From Cupriavidus necator (lineage in GTDB: Bacteria; Pseudomonadota; Gammaproteobacteria; Burkholderiales; Burkholderiaceae): 32,000 nt of DNA. Under the pieces are notes generated by a model. The model was not told the DNA's origin. It did no database searches and saw only the letters and a list, made by a program, of their open reading frames with translations. Positions 8,113 through 16,759 of this stretch are shown here, piece by piece; the stretch's first letter is position 1, and the number at the start of each line of letters is the position of its first letter. The translations under genes were made by a program, and so were the position numbers. The stretch lies in assembly GCF_016127575.1 (NCBI RefSeq), contig NZ_CP066019.1, forward strand, positions 2,340,001 through 2,372,000. The letters run 5' to 3'.

Positions 8113-9303
8113 ATGAACCTCGACCTGCTGGGCTCGCTGCTGACTGCCGTCGTGGTGCTGCTGATCGGCACGCTGGTCAACCGCAGCGTCGGCGTGCTGT
8201 CGCGCTACAACATTCCCGACCCTGTCACCGGCGGCCTGCTGTTCGCGATCATCGCCTCGGTGGCGCTGGCGGCAGCGAACTTCCGCGTGGTGATCGATCC
8301 CGGCATGAAGCCGGTGCTGCTGCTGATGTTCTTCGGCGGCGTCGGGCTCTGCGCCGACCTGCGCATGCTCAGGCGCGGCGGCAAGGCGCTGGTGATCTTC
8401 CTCATCATCCTGCTGCCCTACATCCTGGTGCAGAACGTGGTGGGCGTGGCCATGGCCAGGACGCTGGACCTGCATCCCATCTTCGGGCTGGTGAGCGGCT
8501 CGATCACGCTGGTGGGCGGCCACGGCACCGGCGCCGCCTATGCCGAGCGCTTTGCCGAGGTCAACAACCTGCAGGCGGTGATGGACCTGTCGATGACAGT
8601 GGCCACCATCGGCCTGATTGTGGGCGGCATCATCGGCGGCCCGGTGGCGCAGTACCTGATCTCGCGCTACAAGCTGCGCTCGACCGCGCGCGAGGCCGGC
8701 GACACCGAGGAAGAAGCCGCCGCGGTTTCCCCCATCACCACCGTGGGCGCGCTGGCCTCGCTGGCCGGCATCCTGGCCGCGGTGATCGGCGGGCGCTGGA
8801 TCGCCGCGCAGATGCCCACCGGCGCCATCACCATCCCCGGCTTCCTGTGGTGCATGATGCTCGGCATCGCCATCCGCAACCTGCTGCCCTTTGCCGGCGT
8901 GCGCTTTGACGACCGCGCCACCGACCTGATCACCAATATCTGCCTGTCGCTGTTCCTGGTGATGACCATGATGGCGCTGGACCTGGCCGAGGTGGCGCTG
9001 TCCGCCGGCCCCTTCCTGCTGATCATCGCCATGCAGGTGGTCTTCATCATCCTGTATGTGGTGCTGGTGTGCTTCCGCTTCATGGGGGGTGACTACGAGG
9101 CTGCGGTCACCTCGGCCGCCTTTATCGGCTTCAACATGGGGTCGACCGCCACCGCCATGGCCAATATGCGCGCCATCACGTCCCGCTACGGGCCGGCACC
9201 CACCAGCTATTTGATCACGCCGCTGGCCGGCGCGTTCTTCGTCGACCTGATGAACGCCTTCGTGCTGACCATGCTGCTGGCGTTGCCGCTGATCGGAGGC
9301 TGA
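8113..9303 (+). CDS. gltS: Sodium/glutamate symporter GltS
   Basis: Start re-set from 7969 to the ATG at 8113 (MNLDLLGSLLTAVVVLLIGTLVNR). It looks colinear with E. coli GltS from memory (IPDPVTGGLLFAI, GSITLVGGHGTGAAY, GGPVAQYLI, FIGFNMGSTATAMANMRAIT). About 396 aa versus 401 aa in E. coli. Confidence 0.9.
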   Translation: MNLDLLGSLLTAVVVLLIGTLVNRSVGVLSRYNIPDPVTGGLLFAIIASVALAAANFRVVIDPGMKPVLLLMFFGGVGLCADLRMLRRGGKALVIFLIILLPYILVQNVVGVAMARTLDLHPIFGLVSGSITLVGGHGTGAAYAERFAEVNNLQAVMDLSMTVATIGLIVGGIIGGPVAQYLISRYKLRSTAREAGDTEEEAAAVSPITTVGALASLAGILAAVIGGRWIAAQMPTGAITIPGFLWCMMLGIAIRNLLPFAGVRFDDRATDLITNICLSLFLVMTMMALDLAEVALSAGPFLLIIAMQVVFIILYVVLVCFRFMGGDYEAAVTSAAFIGFNMGSTATAMANMRAITSRYGPAPTSYLITPLAGAFFVDLMNAFVLTMLLALPLIGG

Positions 9304-9304
9304 C

Positions 9305-10867
9305 ATGCGCCGCGCCCTCTTCACCCTCCTCATTGCCTTGGTGGCCAGCGCCTGGCTGGCAGGCTGCGGCGGCGGCCCGCCCGCCGACGGCATCCGCGCC
9401 GGCATCAACGAGCGGCTGGCGCAGGCGCTGCCGCCGGGCACGGTGGAACTGGCCGGCCTGGACCGGCGCGGCTCGCAGGCAGACACCAAGGCCCCGGCCG
9501 GTGAAACCCGCCGCGTGGTGTACTTCGATGCGGAACTGAAACTGCTGCGCGACTACGACTTCGGCGCCTGGGACTCGCCCGGCGTGGCCGGGCTGGTGTC
9601 GGCGCTGGGCGCGGGCCCGCGCGGCATCACCGGCATCACCAGCGGCGGCAACAAGGCCGGCGACATCATCCGCGCGCATGGCACGGCGCTGTACCGGCGC
9701 GACGGCGAGCGCTGGGTCGGCGTGCTGCCGGCCGGCTACCGCCCCGCTGAAGCCCCGACCGTCGCCACCGATGCGCAAAGGGGCCCGGCGGCGATCCTGG
9801 ACGCGATGCGCAAGGTGATCGAGTCCGTGCAGAAGGATGCCTCGCCGGCGCAGCGCGCCGTGATCGAGCAGGAGCTGACCACCGCGCACGCCAACATCCG
9901 CGCGCGGCTGGCACGGGTCAACGAGGGCTATGCCATTGCCGCCGGCGCCGAACACGGCCAGTACCTGCGCTTCGCGAAGGCGCTGGTGGACGGGGCACGC
10001 GTGCGCGCGATGCCGCTGGTCACGCACGGCGGAGAAGAGAACCTGCGGCTGCTGCGCGCCGGCAAGGTCTCGGTGGCGCTGGCGCAGGGCGATGCGGCGC
10101 TGGAAGCCTACGAGGGCAAGGGCGTGTTTGCCGCCGACGGCCCGCAAGCCTCGCTGCGCGCCATCGGCAGCCTCTACCCCGAGCCCGTGCACGTGCTGGT
10201 GCGCGACGCCGATCCCGCCCGCTCGGTGTCAGAGCTGCGCGGCAAGCGCATCGCCGTGGGCGAGCGCGGCTCAGCCTCGCGCGTGACCGCGCTGCGTGTG
10301 CTGGCTGCGCATGGCCTGACCGACAAGGACTTCAAGGCCGAGGAAGTTGGGCTGGGCACCGGGCTGGTGGCGCTGCGCCAGAAGCAGGTCGACGCGGTGA
10401 TCCAGGTGATCGGCGTGCCGGCCGACAGCATCCGCGACGCGCTCGGCGAAATGCCGCTGCGGCTGCTGCCGCTGGACGAACGGGTCATCACCGCGATGGT
10501 CGGGCAGAAGGCGGGCTATTTCCGCGCCACCATCGCGCCGGGCACCTATCCCGGCCTGCACACGCCGGTGCGCACCATCGCCACGGCGGCGATCCTGGTG
10601 ACCGGGCCGGACCTGTCCGATACCGAAGTGGCCGAGCTGACGCGGCTGGTCTACCGCCACGGGCGCGACTTTGTCGCCCGCGGCAGCGCCCAGGGCGCGC
10701 AGATTGCCGTGGCAACGGCGCGTGAAGGGCTGATGATCCCGCAGCATCTGGCGGCGGCCAAGGCGCTGGACGCGCTGGCGACACCCGGCATTCCGCCCGC
10801 CAAGCCCGGCGGAACGCCCGCGAAGCCCGTTGCAACGCCTGCGGCTTCGGGCGCCCGTGCGCAGTAA
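9305..10867 (+). CDS. Lipoprotein with a C-terminal TAXI-family (TRAP-type) solute-binding domain and an N-terminal region of about 205 aa of unknown function
   Basis: The ATG lies 1 nt after the gltS stop. Lipobox LAGC (Cys21). From about aa 207 there are TAXI-like motifs (YAIAAGAEHGQY, THGGEENLRLLRAGKVSVALAQGDAA, LRAIGSLYPEPVHVLV, ELRGKRIAVGERGSASR, QVDAVIQVIGVPA). The C-terminal tail is Pro/Ala-rich. Confidence 0.8.
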   Translation: MRRALFTLLIALVASAWLAGCGGGPPADGIRAGINERLAQALPPGTVELAGLDRRGSQADTKAPAGETRRVVYFDAELKLLRDYDFGAWDSPGVAGLVSALGAGPRGITGITSGGNKAGDIIRAHGTALYRRDGERWVGVLPAGYRPAEAPTVATDAQRGPAAILDAMRKVIESVQKDASPAQRAVIEQELTTAHANIRARLARVNEGYAIAAGAEHGQYLRFAKALVDGARVRAMPLVTHGGEENLRLLRAGKVSVALAQGDAALEAYEGKGVFAADGPQASLRAIGSLYPEPVHVLVRDADPARSVSELRGKRIAVGERGSASRVTALRVLAAHGLTDKDFKAEEVGLGTGLVALRQKQVDAVIQVIGVPADSIRDALGEMPLRLLPLDERVITAMVGQKAGYFRATIAPGTYPGLHTPVRTIATAAILVTGPDLSDTEVAELTRLVYRHGRDFVARGSAQGAQIAVATAREGLMIPQHLAAAKALDALATPGIPPAKPGGTPAKPVATPAASGARAQ

Positions 10868-10884
10868 GGCCCGGCGGGCGGGCC
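10868..10884. terminator. GC-rich hairpin between convergent genes
   Basis: ggcccg-gcggg-cgggcc, a 6-bp stem, sits in the 22-nt gap between the TAXI stop (10867) and the cdh stop (10890). No U-tract. Confidence 0.2.
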
Positions 10885-10889
10885 GCCGA

Positions 10890-11699
10890 TCAGCCCGCCG
10901 CGCTCGCCAGGCCTTCAGCCAGCCGGCAGCGCCGGTCCAGGAAATCGCTGGCGTGGCCGTTGCTGCCGGCCGCGCTGTCGACGGGCTGGTCGATCACGAC
11001 AAAGCCTGCCCCGCCCTGCCGCTCCCGCACATAGGTGACAAAGATGCCGCGGTCCGGCGGCGCTGCGGCGGCGCCCCCCTTGGTGCCGTCACGCACGAGC
11101 TGGAAAGGGTCGACCGCCAGCACCGGCGCGCTGGCTGGCACAAAGATCGCGCGCACCGGCTTGTCCTCGAGCCGCAGCGTGGTCCAGCCGGTGCCGATCG
11201 GCCCGGCCGCGCCATTGACCACGGCGCGCGCGGCCGAGCTGATGCAATCGAGATGGATATGCAGCTGGTCCTGGCTGCGCGAGGCGCGGGAATTGATCGC
11301 GAGGCCCAGCATGTCGTCGGGCACGGCCTTGCCAAGCGAGCGGCCAACGATGCCGCGCGCGGCCCAGCCGAAGGCCCAGGGGTTGGCGCCTGCGCCGTCC
11401 CAGGCTCTGGCGTCGTCGATGCCGGTCATCGTCCGTGCCGGGATCACCAGGTAATGCGACTTGCCGATCGCGTCCTTGTAGAGCACCAGTCCCTGGGACC
11501 GATCCACTTGCGCGCAATCGGGATGAGCCGCCGCGGTACTGCCAAGGCAGCGCTGCTGCACGTTGCGCCACAAGCCATCGCGGCCGCCCGACAGGACGCC
11601 GACGACGCTTTCGGCGGTGCAGCCGGCCAGGGCCAGGATGGCCGCCAGCCACAACGCGGGGGCACCGCGCCAACCGCGGGCCGGCTTCAGCGCCGGCAC
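10890..11699 (-). CDS. cdh: CDP-diacylglycerol diphosphatase (Cdh), lipoprotein-type signal
   Basis: GTG start with GGAG 7 nt upstream. Lipobox LALAGC. Cdh-like blocks: LWRNVQQRCL, DCAQVD, VLYKDAIGKSHYLVIP, LAINSRASRSQDQLHIHLDCIS (HIT-like HxHxH-type motif). Confidence 0.85.
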   Translation of the reverse strand: MPALKPARGWRGAPALWLAAILALAGCTAESVVGVLSGGRDGLWRNVQQRCLGSTAAAHPDCAQVDRSQGLVLYKDAIGKSHYLVIPARTMTGIDDARAWDGAGANPWAFGWAARGIVGRSLGKAVPDDMLGLAINSRASRSQDQLHIHLDCISSAARAVVNGAAGPIGTGWTTLRLEDKPVRAIFVPASAPVLAVDPFQLVRDGTKGGAAAAPPDRGIFVTYVRERQGGAGFVVIDQPVDSAAGSNGHASDFLDRRCRLAEGLASAAG

Positions 11700-11920
11700 G
11701 AAACTCCGTAGAAAGTCCCGGCGCGTGGATTAGACACCACATAGGCGTGGCGCTGCGCCCAGAACTGCGCGGTACGGAAGGCTTCGGCCTCGCGCTCGCT
11801 CCAGTCCGTTGCAAGCAACGGCAGGGCTTCGGCATCGGTGGTGAGATAAACCCGCGCCTGATAGCGGGCGGATTGCAGCGTGCCGGTACGGATGGTGCGG
11901 ATCGTGACGTGGAGGGTCAT
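11687..11920 (-). CDS. Small hypothetical protein (77 aa), overlapping the cdh start by 13 nt
   Basis: ATG start and predominantly G/C-ending codons as in neighbouring genes. Its 3' end carries the SD of cdh. I recognise no family. The SD for this ORF itself is weak (gagaag). Confidence 0.4.
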   Translation of the reverse strand: MTLHVTIRTIRTGTLQSARYQARVYLTTDAEALPLLATDWSEREAEAFRTAQFWAQRHAYVVSNPRAGTFYGVSCRR

Positions 11921-12073
11921 AGGCAGCTTCTCGACTAGGCGACTACCAAATCATAACCACTTCCGTGTGTTGGATTGGTGAAACCGTTGCGAATGTGCTA
12001 AGGCACCACAGATCTGTCAGGATCCGGCCCCGGCGCCGACATACCCGCATCCTCATGCCTTCGGGAGAAAAAC

Positions 12074-12559
12074 ATGCCGCCCAACCCGCTCCGCAAGTCC
12101 GCCATCCTTGTGCTGACCCACCTTGCCGCGCTGGCCGTGGGCTTTGCCGCGGGCATCTATGTCCTGCCGATCCTGACGGAGCAGGCCGGTGCCAGTGCCG
12201 AGCAAGTGCAGGCTGTATCACAACAGTCGCGCTACACCGGCACCTTCCGCAAGGACTTGGCAGGCAGCGACGCGCTGCACTGGGCCAGCGGCCAACTCCA
12301 TGTTTCGCCGCAGGCGCTTGCCTTTGAAGGCAGCGTTGCACCGGGGCCGGACTATCGGATCTACCTGGCGCCGGAGTTTGTCGACAACAAGGAGGCCTTC
12401 CTTCGGATCAAGGACCGGTCGCTGCAGGTTGGTGAACTGAAGACCTTTGGCAACTTCACCGTGGCGTTGCCGGCTGGCGTGGATCCGGCACGGTATGGGG
12501 CGGTGGTGATTTGGTGTGAGAGGTTTGGGCAGTTTATCGGGGCGGCGGGGTATCGGTAG
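12074..12559 (+). CDS. Membrane-anchored DM13 domain protein
   Basis: GGGAGA SD. One N-terminal TM helix (AILVLTHLAALAVGFAAGIYVLPIL). The C-terminal pattern GPDYRIYL...VGELKTFGNFTVALPAGVDPARYGAVVIWCERFGQFIGAA matches my recollection of the DM13 consensus. Confidence 0.6.
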   Translation: MPPNPLRKSAILVLTHLAALAVGFAAGIYVLPILTEQAGASAEQVQAVSQQSRYTGTFRKDLAGSDALHWASGQLHVSPQALAFEGSVAPGPDYRIYLAPEFVDNKEAFLRIKDRSLQVGELKTFGNFTVALPAGVDPARYGAVVIWCERFGQFIGAAGYR

Positions 12560-12717
12560 TCATCGCCATGCCGCCGGATATCGCGATGTCGCGCTTGGCG
12601 ACAACAAGAACACCCCGCAACCAAAGGGCGAAGACCAGAGAAAAAGAGGCCGATCAAATCAACCGGCCCAACGACCCCCCGCAATACCAGCCGCAGGTGT
12701 CGATATGACAGTCAAGC

Positions 12718-12754
12718 GCCCGCCCATGCAGGCATCACAACCTGCCAGGCGGGC
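12718..12754 (-). terminator. Hairpin downstream of the porin gene
   Basis: gcccgcc (12718-12724) / ggcgggc (12748-12754) with an inner tgcagg/cctgca stem, 16 nt past the porin stop on the minus strand. The U-tract is poor. Confidence 0.35.
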
Positions 12755-12769
12755 ATCAGGCAGTTACGC

Positions 12770-13840
12770 TCAGAAGCGATGACGCAGGCCAACGGTAGCA
12801 CCGGTCTGGTTCTCACCAGCCACCACCGTGCCAACACCATTCAGGCCCAGCGCCGAACCCGACTTGTTCTTCGAGTACCCAACATTCAGGTACACATCCG
12901 TACGCTTGGACAGCGAGTAGTCCGCCGACAGCACGAACATCCACGGATCCGCGTCGCTATTGCGGGTGTCGTTGTAGTAGGCCGCGCCGGTCAGCTGGAA
13001 GGCAGGCGTGAAGCGGTACTGCGCGCCAGCCCAGTACACGTTGCTGCGGGTCGAAATGGCGCTGGCGCTCGACACGCCGTCGTCCTTCAGCCAGCGGTAG
13101 CCGGCAAACACCTTGGCGCCGCCAAAGGCATAGGCCGTACCCACCGCGGCGCGCTTGGCGGCACGGTCCTGCAACGTCACGGTGGCGCCCTGGTACTGGT
13201 CGTAGGCAGCGCCGACCGAGAAGCCGCCCGCGGCGTACGACAGGCCGCCGCCGAAGTTGCGCGCGACCTTGGGCTCGCCCGGGACTTCGCCGTTGTTGTC
13301 GCGACCGAAGCTGTAGAAGCCGGTGGCGGTCAGGCCGCCGAACTTGCCGGTGTACTTGATGGCGTTGTCGGCGCGGCCATTGAAGGCCGAGTCAACGCTG
13401 TTCAGCGAGTAGCGCGGGCCCACGCCCATCGGGTCGAAGGCGCCGAACAGGTCGTACAGCGCGTTCTGCTGGCGGCCCAGCGTGACCGCGCCCCAGCCGC
13501 CCTGCAGGCCGACGTAGGCCTGGCGGCCGAACAGGCGGTTGCCCTGGCCCGAGGTGCCGGTATCGATGTCGAACCCGCTCTCCAGCACGAAGATACCCTT
13601 CAGGTCGCCGCCCAGGTCTTCGGTGCCGCGCAGGCCCCAGCGCGAGCCGGACAGGTTGCCAGAGTTCAGGCGCGTTGCCGTACCCTGGGCGCCGTTGCTG
13701 CCCGGCACGTGGCTGATCACTTCGACGCCGGCATCGACGATGCCGTAGAGCGTCACGTTCGACGCGGACTGGGCCGACGCCACCCCGGATACGGCCGACG
13801 CGGCCGCTGCTGCCGTCATTGCAAGGAGAGCTTTCTTCAC
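12770..13840 (-). CDS. Outer-membrane general porin (Burkholderiales OmpC-like family)
   Basis: Start re-set from 14332 to the GTG at 13840 (VKKALLAMTAAAAASAVSGVASA|QS signal peptide). Mature N-terminus VTLYGIVDAGVE, alternating beta-strand pattern, and a C-terminal ...VGLRHRF ending in Phe. Confidence 0.9.
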   Translation of the reverse strand: MKKALLAMTAAAAASAVSGVASAQSASNVTLYGIVDAGVEVISHVPGSNGAQGTATRLNSGNLSGSRWGLRGTEDLGGDLKGIFVLESGFDIDTGTSGQGNRLFGRQAYVGLQGGWGAVTLGRQQNALYDLFGAFDPMGVGPRYSLNSVDSAFNGRADNAIKYTGKFGGLTATGFYSFGRDNNGEVPGEPKVARNFGGGLSYAAGGFSVGAAYDQYQGATVTLQDRAAKRAAVGTAYAFGGAKVFAGYRWLKDDGVSSASAISTRSNVYWAGAQYRFTPAFQLTGAAYYNDTRNSDADPWMFVLSADYSLSKRTDVYLNVGYSKNKSGSALGLNGVGTVVAGENQTGATVGLRHRF

Positions 13841-14150
13841 TGTAATTTCTCTGTGTTCTGTTTGAGGCACGACACCGCGCCGGACCCAGGCCGGGTCGGC
13901 AAGGCCAACCAGGTCCAGCCGGGCAACCCGGCAACGGCGCATCGTCCGCACAAGTTGCGGCCTCGGCATTGTCGCGGCGCAATATGTAACCTTTGTGACC
14001 CATGCTTCGTAGCAGGAAGTGACGGATAGCCCCAAATGGGGGTTTTCCCTGTAACCAAGGGGAACGTTTTGGTACGATGCATGCTTTTCCGACGACGGTA
14101 ATGCCAGTGCCCCGTGCCGCCATGTGCCTGTGCCTCGACCGCTTCGCCTC

Positions 14151-16730
14151 ATGAGGCTGGCTGAGATCAAGACCCGGCTTGCCCCGCTGCTCGCCTCGCT
14201 GCAGGCTTCATTGCCTGCCCCCCTCCAGCAACGCCTGTCAGGCATGGCCGCGCGCCTTGCACGCGCCGGCCTGACCCGGCCCGGGTCGCTGCGCCCCACG
14301 CGGCGCGGCGTGCTGGTGGGCCTGGCCGCCATCCCGGCGGCCCTCCTGCTCTATGTGCTGGTCCTGATCCCGTTCACGCCGGGCATCAGCGATATCCGCA
14401 AGGCCAAGTCCGAGCAGCCGGCCCAGGTGCTGTCCGCCGACGGCAAGGAGCTGGCGGTGTTCAAGTGGGCCAACCGCGACTGGGTGCCGCTGTCGCAGAT
14501 TTCACCCAATGTGGTGGCTGCGCTGATCTCCACCGAAGACCACCGCTTCTACCACCACCACGGGCTGGATTGGCGCAGGCTGGCCTCGGCCGCGGTGCAT
14601 ACCTTCTCCGGCGACCGCCAGGGCGGGTCCACCATCACCCAGCAGCTGGCCCGCAACCTCTATCCCGATGAAATTGGCCGCGCGCCCACGCTGACGCGCA
14701 AGCTCAAGGAAGCCATCACCGCGCTGAAGATTGAGGCGCTCTATACCAAGGACGAGATCCTCGAGACCTATCTCAACACCGTGCCGTTCCTGTACAACGC
14801 GTTCGGCATCGAGATGGCGGCGCGCACCTACTTCGACCGCCCGGCGCGCTCGCTCGACGTGCTGCAGAGCGCCACGCTGATCGGCATGCTCAAGGGCAAC
14901 AGCTACTACAACCCGGTGCTCAACCCCGAGCGCGCGCTCGACCGGCGCAATATCGTGCTGGGCCAGATGGTCAAGCGCGGCAAGCTGGATGCGGCGCGCT
15001 ACGAGCAGCTGAAGAAGCGCCCGCTGCGCATCGACTTCGAGCGCCAGACCGAGCCGCCAGGCCCCGCGCCACATTTCGCGCAGCAGCTGCGCAAGTGGCT
15101 GATCGGCTGGGCCGACCGCAATGGCTACGACATCTACGCCGACGGCCTGGTGGTGCATACCACCATCGACGCCCGCCTGCAGGCCATGGCCACGCAGGCC
15201 GTGGTGCAGCAGGGCAACCGGCTGCAGGCCATCGCCAACGCGGCCTGGGCGCCGCGCGCGGGCTGGGCCGCCAACCTGCCGCTGGTGCAGGCCTTCGTGC
15301 GCGAAACCCCGGAGTACCGTGCCGCCATCGCCGCCGGCACCGCGCCGGAAGAGGCGCTGCGCCATCTGATGTCCGACCATGCCTTCATGCGCGCGCTGCA
15401 CCAGCAGAAGACGCGCATCCAGGCGGGCTTCATGGCCATCGATCCGCGCAACGGCGAGATCCGCGCCTGGGTCGGCAGCCGCGACTACACCCAGGACGCG
15501 TTCGACCACGTGCAGCAGGCGCGCCGCCAGCCGGGCTCGACCTTCAAGCCCTTTGTCTACGGCGCGGCCTTTGAAGAAGGCAAGACCCCCGACGACACGC
15601 TGGTGGACCAGCCGGTGGAAATCGAACTGGCTGGCGGCGAGGTCTGGCGCCCCACCGATGAAGGCCGCCCCACCGGCCGCGCCATGACGCTGCGCGACGG
15701 CCTGGTCTATTCGCGCAACACCATCACCGCGCAGCTGATGCACGAAGTGGGGCCGACGCGCGTGGCGCGGCTGGCGCGCGACATGGGCGTGCGCGACAGC
15801 CAGCTCGACGTGGTGCCGTCGCTGGCGCTGGGCACCAGCCCGGTCACGCTCAAGGAGATGGTGGCCGCCTACGGCACCATCGCCAACGCCGGCGACTACA
15901 TCGCGCCCACCATGGTGACGCGCATTGAAGACCGCCAGGGCAATGTGCTGCAGGTGTTCCGGCCGGCGCGCGCCGAGCACGCGCTGCCCGCCGCCACCAC
16001 GCAAACCCTGCTCGACGTGATGCGCGACGTGATCGACCGCGGCACCGGCGCCAGCATCCGCTCGCGCTTCGGCATCCGCGCCGACGTGGCCGGCAAGACC
16101 GGCACCACCCAGGACAATGCCGACGGCTGGTTCATCCTGATGCATCCGGAACTGGTGGCGGGCGCCTGGGTCGGCTTCAACGACAGCCGCGTCACGCTGC
16201 GCAGCGACTACTGGGGCCAGGGCGCGCACAGCGCGCTGCCGATGGTGGGCGACTTCTACCAGCGCGCGCTGCGCTCGCGCATCGTCGACGGCCGCGCGCG
16301 CTTTGCCGAGCACGAAGAGACCAGCCTGTTCGCATCGCTGGGAACGCAGCTGCGCGGCTGGTTCAGCCAGCTGTTCACGCGCGACAAGGCCAGCGAGACC
16401 CCGGCGCCGCGCCCGGCACCGCGTCGGCCGGCGCTGCCCACGCCGGAGGCCGAGGTCGCGCCGCCGGCCGGCGCGGCATCGTCTGCCGCGGTGGATGTCG
16501 GCCCGGATGAGTCCAGCCTGGCGCTGGATCGGGGGGAGACGGTGATTGCGGTGCCGCAGGACATGAGCGCGGGCAGCGCTCCGGTTGCGCCACCCCCTCA
16601 GGCCGAACCAGCGCCTAACGCCGCCCCTGCCTCCCCGGCTTCCGCAAATCCGCCCGCACCGCCTGCGCCCCCAGCGCCCATCACGCCCCTCGCGCCAACC
16701 ATCATCACCCCAGCCAACGGCAGCAACTGA
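14151..16730 (+). CDS. Class A penicillin-binding protein (glycosyltransferase GT51 + transpeptidase) with a Pro/Ala-rich C-terminal tail
   Basis: GT51 motifs ALISTEDHRFYHHHGLD and GGSTITQQLARN. Transpeptidase motifs SxxK (GSTFKPFVY), SxN (YSRNT) and KTG (GKTGTT). One N-terminal TM helix. The start is uncertain (first ATG 14151, or GTG 14124) and neither has a clear SD. Confidence 0.9.
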   Translation: MRLAEIKTRLAPLLASLQASLPAPLQQRLSGMAARLARAGLTRPGSLRPTRRGVLVGLAAIPAALLLYVLVLIPFTPGISDIRKAKSEQPAQVLSADGKELAVFKWANRDWVPLSQISPNVVAALISTEDHRFYHHHGLDWRRLASAAVHTFSGDRQGGSTITQQLARNLYPDEIGRAPTLTRKLKEAITALKIEALYTKDEILETYLNTVPFLYNAFGIEMAARTYFDRPARSLDVLQSATLIGMLKGNSYYNPVLNPERALDRRNIVLGQMVKRGKLDAARYEQLKKRPLRIDFERQTEPPGPAPHFAQQLRKWLIGWADRNGYDIYADGLVVHTTIDARLQAMATQAVVQQGNRLQAIANAAWAPRAGWAANLPLVQAFVRETPEYRAAIAAGTAPEEALRHLMSDHAFMRALHQQKTRIQAGFMAIDPRNGEIRAWVGSRDYTQDAFDHVQQARRQPGSTFKPFVYGAAFEEGKTPDDTLVDQPVEIELAGGEVWRPTDEGRPTGRAMTLRDGLVYSRNTITAQLMHEVGPTRVARLARDMGVRDSQLDVVPSLALGTSPVTLKEMVAAYGTIANAGDYIAPTMVTRIEDRQGNVLQVFRPARAEHALPAATTQTLLDVMRDVIDRGTGASIRSRFGIRADVAGKTGTTQDNADGWFILMHPELVAGAWVGFNDSRVTLRSDYWGQGAHSALPMVGDFYQRALRSRIVDGRARFAEHEETSLFASLGTQLRGWFSQLFTRDKASETPAPRPAPRRPALPTPEAEVAPPAGAASSAAVDVGPDESSLALDRGETVIAVPQDMSAGSAPVAPPPQAEPAPNAAPASPASANPPAPPAPPAPITPLAPTIITPANGSN

Positions 16731-16759
16731 ACGCCCCTCCGGACAGCGCGGCGCGGGGG

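Noticed and set aside
14030-14062. Two small hairpins followed by T-runs (ccccaaatgggggtttt; ccctgtaaccaaggggaacgtttt) in the porin/PBP divergent intergenic region, considered as an sRNA terminator
   Set aside because: The stems are only 4-5 bp, too weak to call a terminator or an sRNA without expression data. This is more likely part of the porin promoter or 5' UTR region.
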